NCBI GenBank assembly: GCA_024711205.1
Contig: JANJTH010000829.1
Coordinates: 3,309 to 67,308 of the forward strand
Length of the DNA stretch: 64,000 nucleotides
Direction of reading: 5' to 3'
Source of the DNA: Planctomycetota bacterium
GTDB lineage: Bacteria > Planctomycetota > J058
Below are positions 46,502-56,800 of the stretch, one piece after another. The position numbers and the translations under genes were made by a program. Position 1 is the first letter of the stretch; each line of letters starts with the position of its first letter. The notes beneath the pieces were generated by a model, which did not search any database, was not told the DNA's origin, and saw nothing but the letters and a program-made list of their open reading frames with translations.

Positions 46502-47131
46502 TCAGTGGTGGACGTGCCCGCCCGTGAGGTGCTTTGCGACGACGAGCGCGATGAGGATGCCGACGGCGATCAGCGCCACCTTGAAGCCGGCGGTGGACAG
46601 CGCTGCCGCAGGGTCGGCTGCGTCGGCCGACGGCTCGCGCCCGTACGGGGTCCGGCCCCACGGCTTGAAGATGCTCAGGACGGTGATCGCGACGAGGACG
46701 AGCAGCGCCAGGCCGGCGTCGAAGACGAGCTGCGTGCCGAGGCGGCCGACCTCCTCGCGGGGCAGCGTGCCCAGGGCGGCGCGGCTCACCCGCTCGGCGG
46801 CCGTGGCGACCGCGGTGAACTGGTGCAGGAGGAGCAGGAGCGTCGAGAGGACCGTGAGGACGAACTTCGCGGCCACCCAGTAGTGCTTGAACAGGCCCCA
46901 GGGCGAGGCGAGCGCCTGGAAGATCCCGCTCGCGGTCGAGGCGAGGCTCAGGGGCACGATCACGTAGCGGCCGATCAGGTCCATCGAGATGTAGGCGCTG
47001 CGCGTGACCTGCGCGTCGGCGCTGGTGAGGCCCGCGATGCTCAGGGCGAGGAAGGCGGCGACCGACCCGAGCCAGCCGACCGAGAGCACGACGTGGACGG
47101 TGAGCGTGGCCTGGCGGACGCGCGGGGTCAT
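46502..47131 (-). CDS. Hypothetical four-TM membrane protein, co-transcribed with the MarR regulator
   Basis: 'MTPRVRQATLTVHVVLSVGWLGSVAAFLALSIAGL...'. Start overlaps the marR stop by 4 nt. Confidence 0.55.
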   Translation of the reverse strand: MTPRVRQATLTVHVVLSVGWLGSVAAFLALSIAGLTSADAQVTRSAYISMDLIGRYVIVPLSLASTASGIFQALASPWGLFKHYWVAAKFVLTVLSTLLLLLHQFTAVATAAERVSRAALGTLPREEVGRLGTQLVFDAGLALLVLVAITVLSIFKPWGRTPYGREPSADAADPAAALSTAGFKVALIAVGILIALVVAKHLTGGHVHH

Positions 47132-47655
47132 CGCGTCCTCCGGGACCGCGCAGGGCGCGCCGGCTCGGGGGCGGCATCGAGCGCGTCCTGGCCGCGGAGC
47201 AAGACGCCGTGGCGCAGCATGCAGTCGGTGGCCCCGGCGAGGAACCCGGCGATCGCCTCGAGCTGGTCCTCGTCGAATGGCTCGAGGAGCGCCGCGACGT
47301 CGGCCCGGAGCGGAGCGAAGACCGAGTCCAGGTCGTCGAGCCGATCGCTGACCACCCGCAGCGACTGCTTGCGCCCGTCCTCCGGGTCGGGCTCACGCCG
47401 GACGTAGCCGGCCTCCTCGAGCCGGTTGACCACGCCCGTCATGGCGCCCGTGGTCAGGCCGGTCATCTGGGCGAGCTCGCTGCCTGTGGCCGCGCCGCGC
47501 TCCCGGAGCAGGTCGAGGACCTTGTGGTCGGTCGGTCCGAGCCCCAGCCGATCGGCGACGGCCTGGTGGAGGAGGACCGCCGCCGTGCTGTGTCGCCGGG
47601 CCAGCCGACGGACGATCTCCTCGGAGAGGGCGCGCTTGGTGCGGGAGGATCGCAT
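47128..47655 (-). CDS. MarR-family transcriptional regulator
   Basis: Winged helix 'LGLGPTDHKVLDLLRERGAATGSELAQMTGLTTGAMTGVVNRLEEAGYVRRE'. Start set at the internal Met (MRSSRTKRAL). Confidence 0.8.
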   Translation of the reverse strand: MRSSRTKRALSEEIVRRLARRHSTAAVLLHQAVADRLGLGPTDHKVLDLLRERGAATGSELAQMTGLTTGAMTGVVNRLEEAGYVRREPDPEDGRKQSLRVVSDRLDDLDSVFAPLRADVAALLEPFDEDQLEAIAGFLAGATDCMLRHGVLLRGQDALDAAPEPARPARSRRTR

Positions 47656-47706
47656 GCTGACTCGCTTAGTAACTAAGCTATCTGCGAAACGATCGGACGG
47701 CAACGC

Positions 47707-48795
47707 CTACTGGACGACGACGAACATGCCGGCCCCGTCGACGAAGCCGGTGGGCCGCGTCTCGCCGGCGACGGCGCCGGCGTCGCCCGACGCGACGACC
47801 GCGCCCTTGTCGCCGTGGACCTGCCAGTGGACGTGGTTGTCGCCGCCGACCCACGCGAACAGCAGGCGGCCGTTCGTGCCCCGCAGGGCGAGCGGGAAGC
47901 GGCCGCGGTCGCCGCCCTCGGCGGGCCGCGCCTGCGGGCCGAAGCCCTGGCGGCCAGCGGCGGCCAGGCCGACGCGGCCGTCGACCGTGCAGGCCACGAC
48001 GAGCGGCTCGCCCGACGCGACGCGCGGGCCGTCCATGGGGCAGCCGCGGAACTCCCAGTTCTCGCGGGTCACGGGCGCGACCCGGAAGCGGCGCGCCTCG
48101 GCGTCGCCGCGGAGGAGGAACACGTCGCGCACGTTCTCGCGCGCGCCGCGGAACGCGACCACGATCCGGCCCTCGCCGTCGACGCCGGCGTCGAGGTGGC
48201 AGCAGGCGCAGGCCCCGCCGTCGTAGTCGTGCGCGAGCGCCGCGGGCGCCGAGAACGTCTTCCCGCCGTCGGTCGAGCGGCTCCCCCACAGCGGCAGGCC
48301 GATCGGGCTGTTCGCCGGCGCCGGGCCGCGGTTGTCGAGCCACACCGCGAGCACGACGTCGCCCGAGGCCGCGATCGTGAGCCCCTCGGCGTCCTTGCCG
48401 CCCTGCCCGAGGAGATCCCGCGACGCCGAGAAGGTCGCGGCGCCGGGCGCGCGCGACGCGTAGCGCGCGCCGCGCAGGCGCGGCGGGCTCCACACGATGT
48501 GGACCGTCCCGTCGCCGCCGACCGCGAGCCGCGGGCCGCGCTCCATGGCGGCGAGGGCCTGCTCGCCCTCGGCGCTCACTCGCGCGGGCGCGCCGAAGGT
48601 GCGCCCGCCGTCGGTCGACTCGGCGTGGAAGATCGCGTCCCGCTGACCCCACGCCAGGTGAACCGACTCGCCCCGGACCGCGACGGCCGGACCCTTCGCC
48701 CCGTCGGGCAGCCGGTGGACCCGGACCACGTCGTCGGCGAGGGCGGCAGGCACCGCCGCCAGCGACACGAGCACGGTCAGCGCGATCGAACGCAT
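47707..48795 (-). CDS. Secreted BNR/Asp-box repeat protein (sialidase-like beta-propeller)
   Basis: Signal peptide 'MRSIALTVLVSLAAVPAALA'. Asp-boxes 'STDGGRTF' and 'STDGGKTF'. Confidence 0.65.
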   Translation of the reverse strand: MRSIALTVLVSLAAVPAALADDVVRVHRLPDGAKGPAVAVRGESVHLAWGQRDAIFHAESTDGGRTFGAPARVSAEGEQALAAMERGPRLAVGGDGTVHIVWSPPRLRGARYASRAPGAATFSASRDLLGQGGKDAEGLTIAASGDVVLAVWLDNRGPAPANSPIGLPLWGSRSTDGGKTFSAPAALAHDYDGGACACCHLDAGVDGEGRIVVAFRGARENVRDVFLLRGDAEARRFRVAPVTRENWEFRGCPMDGPRVASGEPLVVACTVDGRVGLAAAGRQGFGPQARPAEGGDRGRFPLALRGTNGRLLFAWVGGDNHVHWQVHGDKGAVVASGDAGAVAGETRPTGFVDGAGMFVVVQ

Positions 48796-48981
48796 GGAGA
48801 CCTCCGGTCGGGTCGTGACGCTACCGGTCGACGGCGCGCCGGACAACGTGCGCAGGAATCCGCGCTCGCGACCGATCAGGTTGCGGCTCTTTGCGCCCAC
48901 TCCTCGAGCGTGGTCCGCCAGACCTGAGCTTGCGGCGGTCTCGGTCTTGCACCAGCTCGGACCCCACGGAGGTCATCGACG

Positions 48982-50055
48982 GTGCAGAGACGCATTCCGC
49001 TGCAGCGCCGGCTCGCGTACGGCCTCGTCGTCCTGACGGCCGCCGTCGCCGCGGCCGAGCTCGTCTGCCGCGTGCGCGAGGCGCGACGCGGCGGAGAGTA
49101 TCGCTACGCGCCGCTCGAGCCCGACCCGCATCGCGGCTCGGTGCTCCGCCCCGGCGCGAGCTTCCAGCACAACGGCCGGGTCGCCCACATCAACTCGCTC
49201 GGCATGCGCGGACCCGAGGTCGGCCCGCGGCGCCCGGGCGTGCTGCGCGTGCTGTGCGTCGGCGGGTCGTCGACGTATGGGCTCGTGATCCGCGACGACG
49301 ACAGCACCTGGCCCGCGCAGCTCGGCCGCGAGCTGCGCGCGCGAGGGATCGAGGCCGAGGTGCTCAACGCTGGCGTCCCCTCATGGACGCTGCGCTCGAG
49401 CCAGACGAACCTGGAGATGCGGCTGTACGCGCTCGAGCCGGACGTGATCGTCGTCTGCCACACCTTCAACGACCTCGTCGCGCCCGCGTCGAACTACGTC
49501 GGTGACTCGTTCGCCGAGGACGCGTCCGAGCTGTGGCGGCCGTGGCGATCGAGCGCCCTCCTGCGGGGTATCGGACGCAAGCTCGACCGGATCTCGCCCG
49601 AAGCGAAGAGCGATCACGTCGATCCGGCCCTGGCCGAGGCGTTCGAGCGGAACCTGCGACGCATGGTGGTCCGGGGCCGGGCGAACGGGGCGGTCGTGGT
49701 CCTCACGACCGAGCCGCATTGCCTGCGGCCCACGCTCGAGGCGTCCAGGATCGCGAAGGTCCCGGGGCTCGAGCCCTGGTACAGCTTCTACTGCACCCTC
49801 GAGTACCCGCCGCTCCTCGAAGGGGTCGAGCGGTTCTACGCGTCGACGCGGTCCGTGGCGCGTGCGCTCGACGCTCCCTTCATCGACCTCGAGCCGGCGA
49901 TTCCGGACGACCCCGCGTTCTGGGGCTCGCCGATCCACCACACGGAGGCAGGCGAGGCGGTGATCGCCAAGCATCTCGCGAACGCCCTCGTCGAGCGCAG
50001 GGTGCTGGCGTCGGTCCGTCGAACGCGCGAGGTCGAGGTCGCGGCAAGCGACTGA
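48982..50055 (+). CDS. SGNH/GDSL-family hydrolase with N-terminal membrane anchor
   Basis: 'RVLCVGGSSTYG' is a block I GDS(x)-like motif. 'HHTEAGEAVIAKHLANAL' has the catalytic His near the C-terminus. Confidence 0.6.
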   Translation: MQRRIPLQRRLAYGLVVLTAAVAAAELVCRVREARRGGEYRYAPLEPDPHRGSVLRPGASFQHNGRVAHINSLGMRGPEVGPRRPGVLRVLCVGGSSTYGLVIRDDDSTWPAQLGRELRARGIEAEVLNAGVPSWTLRSSQTNLEMRLYALEPDVIVVCHTFNDLVAPASNYVGDSFAEDASELWRPWRSSALLRGIGRKLDRISPEAKSDHVDPALAEAFERNLRRMVVRGRANGAVVVLTTEPHCLRPTLEASRIAKVPGLEPWYSFYCTLEYPPLLEGVERFYASTRSVARALDAPFIDLEPAIPDDPAFWGSPIHHTEAGEAVIAKHLANALVERRVLASVRRTREVEVAASD

Positions 50056-50163
50056 GCGTCTCGCGCGCGCGACGTCGTCACATGAATGTGACGCGCGGCG
50101 TGAGCGGCTGGGCACGACAGGCCGGGAATGCTAGGGTCCGCCCTCGCGTTCCCAGGACGGCCC

Positions 50164-50595
50164 ATGGTCCGCTTCGTTCGCCCCCTCTCGCTGCTGCTCG
50201 CCGCGCTGATCGCGCTGGCCGGGGGGACGTTCGACCTGTGCGGCTGCGAGGGTGCCGTTCACGGCAGCCTGTGCGCCGAGGCCGAGCTGCCCGCGCCGGT
50301 CGCCGACGCCTGCTGCTGCTGCGAGCCCGAGACCCCGCCCGCGCCCCAGACCGACCTCCAGCTCCGCTCGGTTGGCTGCGAGTGCCCGGTCGTGCAGCTC
50401 GCGACCTCGCCCGCGTCCGATCCGGCGTCGGTGGTCCCGGGAGTCACGGCCGACCTGACCAAGGCGCTACACGTCGATCTGCCGCTGGCGCAGCAGGACG
50501 TGGTCACGGCCACCGACGCGACGAGCGCGCGCTCGCCGCCGCCCGAGCCGGGCGGCATCCGTCGACATCTCCTCCTCTCGGTCCTGCGCTGCTAG
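50164..50595 (+). CDS. Small secreted Cys-rich protein directly upstream of cusCBA
   Basis: Signal peptide 'MVRFVRPLSLLLAALIALAGG'. Contains 'LCGCEG...LCAEAE...ADACCCCEPETPP...VGCECPV'. Analogous in position and composition to the ORF at 26318. Confidence 0.4.
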   Translation: MVRFVRPLSLLLAALIALAGGTFDLCGCEGAVHGSLCAEAELPAPVADACCCCEPETPPAPQTDLQLRSVGCECPVVQLATSPASDPASVVPGVTADLTKALHVDLPLAQQDVVTATDATSARSPPPEPGGIRRHLLLSVLRC

Positions 50596-50790
50596 ACGGA
50601 CCCGACGGCGACCTTGGTCGCCGTCGCTGCCGGTCCGTACGCGCGTCGCCGACCCCTCTCGCCACTGAGGCGCATGAGGTTGGGTCCGCCTCGCGAACCC
50701 CTGTAAGGAATCAGCGCGCTCGCGTCTGCAGTGCGAGTCGTGCGCCAGGACGGCGCGCGGCGTGCACTCGGCAGATCGGGAAGGATCTCC

Positions 50791-52143
50791 ATGAGGCTTC
50801 CACGTTCACGCAGGCTCCGCGCCTCGGCGCTCGCGCTCGTCGTCTTCACGACGGGCTGCATCGCCGGCTACTCGGAGTCGAGGGCCGAGGCCGACCGGTA
50901 TCGCGAGTCGCTCCGCTGGGAGGACGAGGCCGACCTCATCGGTCCCAACGCTCGTCCCGCGGACCCGGGCGACGCCGCGTTCGTTGGAACGCTCGTCCCC
51001 GCCTTGGTCGCGGACGAGGTCGTGCGTCGCAACCCGGACGTCCGCGCGGCCCTGGAGCGGTGGGTCGCCTACCTCGAGCGGGCGCCGCAGCGCACCGCGC
51101 TGCCGAACCCCGCGTTCGCCTACCGCTACTCGTCGATGTTCAAGATGCACACGTACGAGCTCATGCAGGAGGTGCCGTTCCCGGCCAAGCTCCTGGCCGA
51201 CGGGCGCGCGGCGCTCGCCGACGCGCGCGCCATGCGCGCCGAGCTCGACGAGCAGACGAACCTGCTTCGCGCGCGGGCCGAGCAGGCGCTCGCCAACCTC
51301 CACCTCGCGCGGCGCTCGCTCGAGCTCGTCGACCAGAACGCCGCGCTCGTGGACCGGTTCATCGAGATCGCCAACTCGCGTTACACCGCGGGGACGGCGA
51401 CGCAGTCCGACGTGCTCCGCGCGCAGGTCGAGCGCGAGGGGCTGCGGGAGGAGCGGGCCATGTTCGTCCGCGACGTGCAGGTGGCCGAGAGCATGCTCAA
51501 CGTGCTCCTCGACCGGGCGCCCGAGGCGCCCCTCGGGCCGGTGGCGATCGTCGACGCGCCCGGCGCGCTCGAGCCGTTGACGGTGCTCTACGAGCGCGCC
51601 CTGCAGCAGCGCCCCGAGCTGGCGGCGTTCCGCGCTCGCGCCGACGCGCAGCGCGAGATGCTCTCGCGCGCCCAGCTCGAGTGGGTGCCCGACTTCGTCG
51701 TCGGCGGCGGCTACGTGCGCGACTTCGGCGAGGACGAGGACCAGGTCGAGCTCACGGCGGGCCTGTCCCTGCCGGTGTGGCTGGGCCGGATCCGCGGCGG
51801 GGTCGCCGAGGCCGAGGCGAACGTCCGGCGGGCCGACGCGGAGACTCACTCGACGCGCAACCGCGTGTTCGACGAGGTGCGCCAGGCCGCCGCGCGGCTC
51901 GCCGCGGCGACCGAGCGATCGACGATCCTTCGCGAGGCGACGCTCCCGCGGGCCCGGCAGAACGTCGAGGTCTCGCAGGCGGCGTACGTCTCCGGCCAGC
52001 TCGGCTTCCTCGAGCTCGTCGACGCGCAGCGCGTGTCGCTCATGAAGGAGCTCGAGCTCGAGCGAGTCCGCGCAGAGCGGACGTCGGCTCAGGCGGAGCT
52101 GCGCCAGGCCACCGGTGATTCCACGACGGAGGAGAGGCCATGA
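50791..52143 (+). CDS. cusC: Outer-membrane efflux factor (CusC/TolC family), lipoprotein
   Basis: 'LALVVFTTGC' lipobox. OMF helical repeats. Overlaps cusB by 4 nt. Confidence 0.85.
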   Translation: MRLPRSRRLRASALALVVFTTGCIAGYSESRAEADRYRESLRWEDEADLIGPNARPADPGDAAFVGTLVPALVADEVVRRNPDVRAALERWVAYLERAPQRTALPNPAFAYRYSSMFKMHTYELMQEVPFPAKLLADGRAALADARAMRAELDEQTNLLRARAEQALANLHLARRSLELVDQNAALVDRFIEIANSRYTAGTATQSDVLRAQVEREGLREERAMFVRDVQVAESMLNVLLDRAPEAPLGPVAIVDAPGALEPLTVLYERALQQRPELAAFRARADAQREMLSRAQLEWVPDFVVGGGYVRDFGEDEDQVELTAGLSLPVWLGRIRGGVAEAEANVRRADAETHSTRNRVFDEVRQAAARLAAATERSTILREATLPRARQNVEVSQAAYVSGQLGFLELVDAQRVSLMKELELERVRAERTSAQAELRQATGDSTTEERP

Positions 52144-53861
52144 CCGACCCGGCACCCGAGAAGACCGCTCCGGCTCCGGCCGGCGTCGATCGCCGCAAGT
52201 GGCCGCTCCTGGCCGCGCTCGCCCTCCTCGCCGCGTTCTTCCTCGGCATGGCGGTCCGGGGCGGCGGCGCGCCCCCGAGCGGACCACCCGCGAAGGGACC
52301 GGTGGCGACGGTCTGGACCTGCTCCATGCACCCACAGATCCGCCTGGATCACCCCGGGAGCTGTCCGATCTGCGGCATGGACCTCGTGCCCGTGAGCGCC
52401 GACGGCGCCGACGCGGGCCCGGTCGGCGACGACCAGGTCGCGCTGGGTCCGCACGCGAGGGCCATGGCGCAGGTCGAGACTGCGCTCGTGTCGAGCCGGC
52501 TCCTCACGAAGGAGCTGCGGACGGTGGGCAAGGTCGAGGTCGACGAGACCGCGGTGGCGTATCTCACGGCGCGCATCGACGGACGCGTCGACCGCGTGTT
52601 CGCCGACTTCCCGGGCACCGTCGTCGCGAAGGGCGACCACCTGGTCGAGATCTACAGCCCCGACCTCTACACGACGCAGCAGGAGCTGCTCGGCGCGCTG
52701 CGCATCGAACGTCAGGGCCCGGGCGGGCCGGCGGCGTCGACCGCCGCGCGCCGGCGCCTCGAGCTGTGGGGGATCACGCCTGAGCAGGTCGAGAAGGTGG
52801 TCGAGACGGGCCAGCCGCTCACGCACCTCACGGTCAACGCGCCGCTCGGCGGCACCGTGATCGAGAAGACCGTGCGGGCCGGCCAGTACGTGAAGACCGG
52901 CGACTCGCTCTACACGATCGCGGACCTGGGCCGCGTGTGGGTCACGCTCGACGTCTACGAGCGCGACCTGGCCTGGGTCCGCTTCGGCCAGTCGGTGGAG
53001 CTGACGGTCGAGAGCGCGCCCGGCCGGCGCTGGACGGGCACCGTGGCCTTCGTCGAGCCCGTGCTCAACGAGGCCACGCGCACGGTGCGCGTGCGCGTGG
53101 TCCTCGAGAACTCGCAGGGCACGTTCAAGCCGGGCATGTTCGCCCAGGCGCTCCTGCGCGCCCCGATCCAGACCGACGGGACCGCCGGCTCGACCGGGCT
53201 CGAGGGCAAGCACACGTGCCCCATGCACCCGTTCGTCGTCCGCGACGCGGGCGGGAAGTGCCCGGTGTGCGGCATGGACCTGATCCTGGTCCCGGGCGAG
53301 GCCAGGGCGCCCGCGCCGATCCTGGCCGTGCCGGCCGAGGCCGTGCTCACGACGGGCGTGCGCAGGCTCGTCTACGTCGAGGACCGGCCCGGCGTCTACC
53401 GCCTCGTCGAGCCCTCCCTCGGGCCAAGGGCCGGCGACCACTACCCCGTGCTCGGCGGCCTGACCGAGGGCCAGCGCGTCGTCACGCGCGGGAGCTTCCT
53501 CCTCGACTCGCAGTTCCAGATCAGCGGCAAGCCGAGCCTGCTCTACCCCGAGGGCGGCGGCGCCGCGGCCGGCCATGACCATGGCGGCGGACAGCCCGCG
53601 TCGGGGCACGAGGGCCACGCCACGCCGACTCCCCCGAACGAGCCGCCGGGCGCGCCGGCGCAGGGCCACACCGGGCAGGAGGGGCACGAGGGGCACGGGA
53701 CGCCGCCGCCTACGGCGACCGAGCCGCCGCCCGCTCCCGCCAGGCCCACGGCCGCGCAGGTCTACACGTGCCCCATGCACCCCGAGGTCACGAGCCCCAC
53801 GCCGGGTGAGTGCCCGAAGTGCGGCATGGACCTCGTGCTCAAGCCCGCCGGCGGGGAGTAG
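52140..53861 (+). CDS. cusB: Cu/Ag-type membrane fusion protein (CusB family) with three CPMHP...CPxCGM heavy-metal-binding repeats
   Basis: HMBD repeats 'WTCSMHPQIRLDHPGSCPICGMDLVPV', 'HTCPMHPFVVRDAGGKCPVCGMDLILV' and '[27 protein letters not shown]'. MFP core. His/Gly-rich linker. Confidence 0.9.
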   Translation: MTDPAPEKTAPAPAGVDRRKWPLLAALALLAAFFLGMAVRGGGAPPSGPPAKGPVATVWTCSMHPQIRLDHPGSCPICGMDLVPVSADGADAGPVGDDQVALGPHARAMAQVETALVSSRLLTKELRTVGKVEVDETAVAYLTARIDGRVDRVFADFPGTVVAKGDHLVEIYSPDLYTTQQELLGALRIERQGPGGPAASTAARRRLELWGITPEQVEKVVETGQPLTHLTVNAPLGGTVIEKTVRAGQYVKTGDSLYTIADLGRVWVTLDVYERDLAWVRFGQSVELTVESAPGRRWTGTVAFVEPVLNEATRTVRVRVVLENSQGTFKPGMFAQALLRAPIQTDGTAGSTGLEGKHTCPMHPFVVRDAGGKCPVCGMDLILVPGEARAPAPILAVPAEAVLTTGVRRLVYVEDRPGVYRLVEPSLGPRAGDHYPVLGGLTEGQRVVTRGSFLLDSQFQISGKPSLLYPEGGGAAAGHDHGGGQPASGHEGHATPTPPNEPPGAPAQGHTGQEGHEGHGTPPPTATEPPPAPARPTAAQVYTCPMHPEVTSPTPGECPKCGMDLVLKPAGGE

Positions 53862-53864
53862 GCC

Positions 53865-56800
53865 GTGGTCGCCGCGATCATCCGCTGGTGCCTCCGCAAC
53901 ACGTTCCTCGTGGCAGTCGCCGTCGCGGCCCTCATCGGCGCTGGCTGGTACGCGGTCCAGGAGACACCGGTCGACGCGATCCCGGACATCGGCGAGAAGC
54001 AGGTGATCGTCTACGCCGACTGGCCGGGCCGCAGCCCGCAGGACGTCGACGACCAGGTCACGTACCCGCTGACGATCGCGCTCGAGGGCACGCCCGGCGT
54101 CAAGGTCATCCGCTCGGCCTCGGGCTTCGGCTTCTCCATGGTCTTCGTGATCTTCAAGGACGAGGTCGACTACTACTGGGCCCGCAGCCGCGTCCTCGAG
54201 CGCATGAACGTCGCGCTCGCCCGCCTCCCCGAGGGCGTGCAGCCCGTGCTCGGCCCGGACGCCACCGCGCTCGGCCAGGTCTTCTGGTACACGGTCGAGG
54301 GCGAGGGCTTCGATCTGGGTGAGCTGCGCTCGATCCAGGACTGGTTCGTCCGCTACCAGCTCAACGCCGTCGAGGGCGTGTCCGAGGTCGCCTCGATCGG
54401 CGGCTTCGTGAAGGAGTACCAGGTCGACGTCGACCCGGTGAAGCTCCGCGCGCATCGCGTGACCCTCGACCAGGTCGCGTCGGCCGTGCAGCGCGCCAAC
54501 ATCGACGTGGGCGCGAAGGTCCTCGAGGTCAACCAGGTCGAGTTCTTCATCCGCGGCGTCGGCTTCGTGAAGTCGGTGGACGACCTGCGCCGCACCCCGA
54601 TCCGCTCCGAGGGCGGCACGCCGCTCTTCGTGCAGGACGTGGCAAGCGTGGAGCTCGGGCCCGAGTTCCGTCGCGGTGCGCTGGACAAGGCGGGCGCGGA
54701 GGCCGTGGGCGGCGTCGTCGTCATGCGCTACGGCGAGAACCCGCTGCGCGTGATCGAGCGCGTCAAGGCCAAGCTCGCCGAGATCGCCCCGGGCCTGCCC
54801 GAGAAGACGCTGCCCGACGGCCGCATCTCGAAGGTGAAGGTCGTGCCGTTCTACGACCGCACCGGGATCATCCACGAGACGATGGCCACGCTGCGCGAGG
54901 CCCTCACCGAGGAGGCGATCGCCGCCGCGCTCGTCGTGCTGGCGTTCCTCCTCCATCTGCGCGCCGGCATGACGATCGTGCCCACGCTGCCGCTCTCGGT
55001 GGGCATGGCCTTCCTGGCCATGTACCTGCTCGGCATCGACTCCAACATCATGTCGCTGGCCGGGCTCGCGATCGCGATCGGCGACGTCGCCGACATGTCG
55101 ATCATCATGACCGAGAACATCTACCGGCACGTCGCCATGAACGACGCGCGGTCCTACCGCCAGCGCGTCGAGGACGGCGCGACGGAGGTCGGGGGCGCGA
55201 TCCTGACCGCGGTCAGCAACACGATCGTCTCGTTCCTGCCCGTGTTCTTCCTCACCGAGCAGGAGGGGAAGATGTTCAAGCCGCTCGCCTACACGAAGAC
55301 GTTCGCCATCACGGCGTCGGCGATCCTGGCCGTGACCGTCGTCCCGGTCCTCGCCTATCACCTGCTGAAGCCGGTGACCTGGACCCGCCGCCGGTCGCTC
55401 GCGATCGCGGCCGCTGCCGGAGTGGGCCTCACGCTCGCGATCGGCCTCGCGGCCCGGACCTGGCTGCTCGGTCCGGACGCGCCGGCCCACCAGGGCTGGC
55501 TGATCGCGCTCGCGGCTGGCGTCGGCACCTTCGCGCTCGTCTACCGCATGACGCGCGAGCGGCTCCTGCCGCTCGAGGAGAACCTCGTCTCCCGCGGGAT
55601 CCTCCGCGTCTACGAGCCGGCGCTGCGCTGGGTGCTGGTGCACAAGAAGACGTTCCTGGCGCTCCCCACGGCGATCCTCCTCTTCGGCCTCACGATCTGG
55701 CTCGGCTGGGCCACGATTGCATCGCCGATCCGCGCCGGTCTCTCGCGCATCGGCCTCGACCCTGGTGGGCTCACGGTCTGGCAGCGGCTCGAGACAACCT
55801 TCCCGGGCCTCGGGCGCGAGTTCATGCCGCCGCTCGACGAGGGTTCGCTCCTCTACATGCCCTCGCTCGTTCCCGCAGGCTCGCTCACGGCCGCCAGCGA
55901 CGTGATCGCGCTGCAGGACGCGGCGATCAAGAGCGTGCCCGAGGTCGAGAGCGTCGTGGGCAAGCTCGGCCGGGCCGAGTCGGCGCTCGACCCGGCGCCT
56001 GTCGGCATGATCGAGACGGTCATCATGCTCAAGCCCGAGGCGCAGTGGCGGCGCGTGCGGGTCGAGCGCTTCTACTCGAGCTGGCCGTCGTGGCTGCAGC
56101 CGCTCCCGCGCTTCTTCTGGGCCGACGAGCGCGCGATCACGAAGCGCGAGCTGCTCGACGAGCTGCGCACGAAGACCGACATCCCGGGCGTCCTGCCGAC
56201 GTGGCTCCAGCCGATCCAGACCCGGATCGTCATGCTCCAGAGCGGCTTCCGGGCCATGATGGGCGTGAAGATCTACGGCGCCGACCTGCGCGAGATCGAG
56301 CGCGTCGGGCTCCAGATGGAGCAGCTCCTCCGCCACGTGCCGGGTGCCACCGACGTCGTGGCCGACCGGATCACGGGCAAGCCGTACGTCGAGATCAAGA
56401 TCGACCGCGAGCGCGCGGCGCGCTACGGCGCGAACATCCGCGACGTCCAGGACGTGATCGAGATCGCGATCGGCGGCCAGATGCTGACGACCTCGGTCGA
56501 GGGCCGCGAGCGCTACCCGATCCGGGTGCGCTACCCGCGCGAGCTCCGCGACAACCTCGAGGCGCTCGAGCGGATCCTCGTGCCGACGACCGACGGCCAG
56601 CAGGTGCCGCTGAGCCAGGTGGCCGACGTGCGCTTCACGGTCGGGCCGCAGGAGATCAAGAGCGAGAACACGCTCCTCGTCGGCTACGTGACGATGAACA
56701 CGCGCGACCGCGACGAGGTGAGCGTCGTCGAGGACGCCGACAAGCTGCTGCGCGAGAAGATCGCCGCGGGCGAGCTCGTCCTGCCGAAGGGCTACTACTA

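Noticed and set aside
45040-47396. Long minus ORFs 45040..46446 and the 5' extension of 45552..47396
   Set aside because: Only the last 272 codons (from 46370) show the lipoprotein family motifs. The upstream parts overlap marR and the membrane protein out of frame.
52089-56336. 1415-aa minus ORF antisense to cusB and cusA
   Set aside because: Antisense to canonical CusBA. Arg/Asp/Gly/His junk translation.
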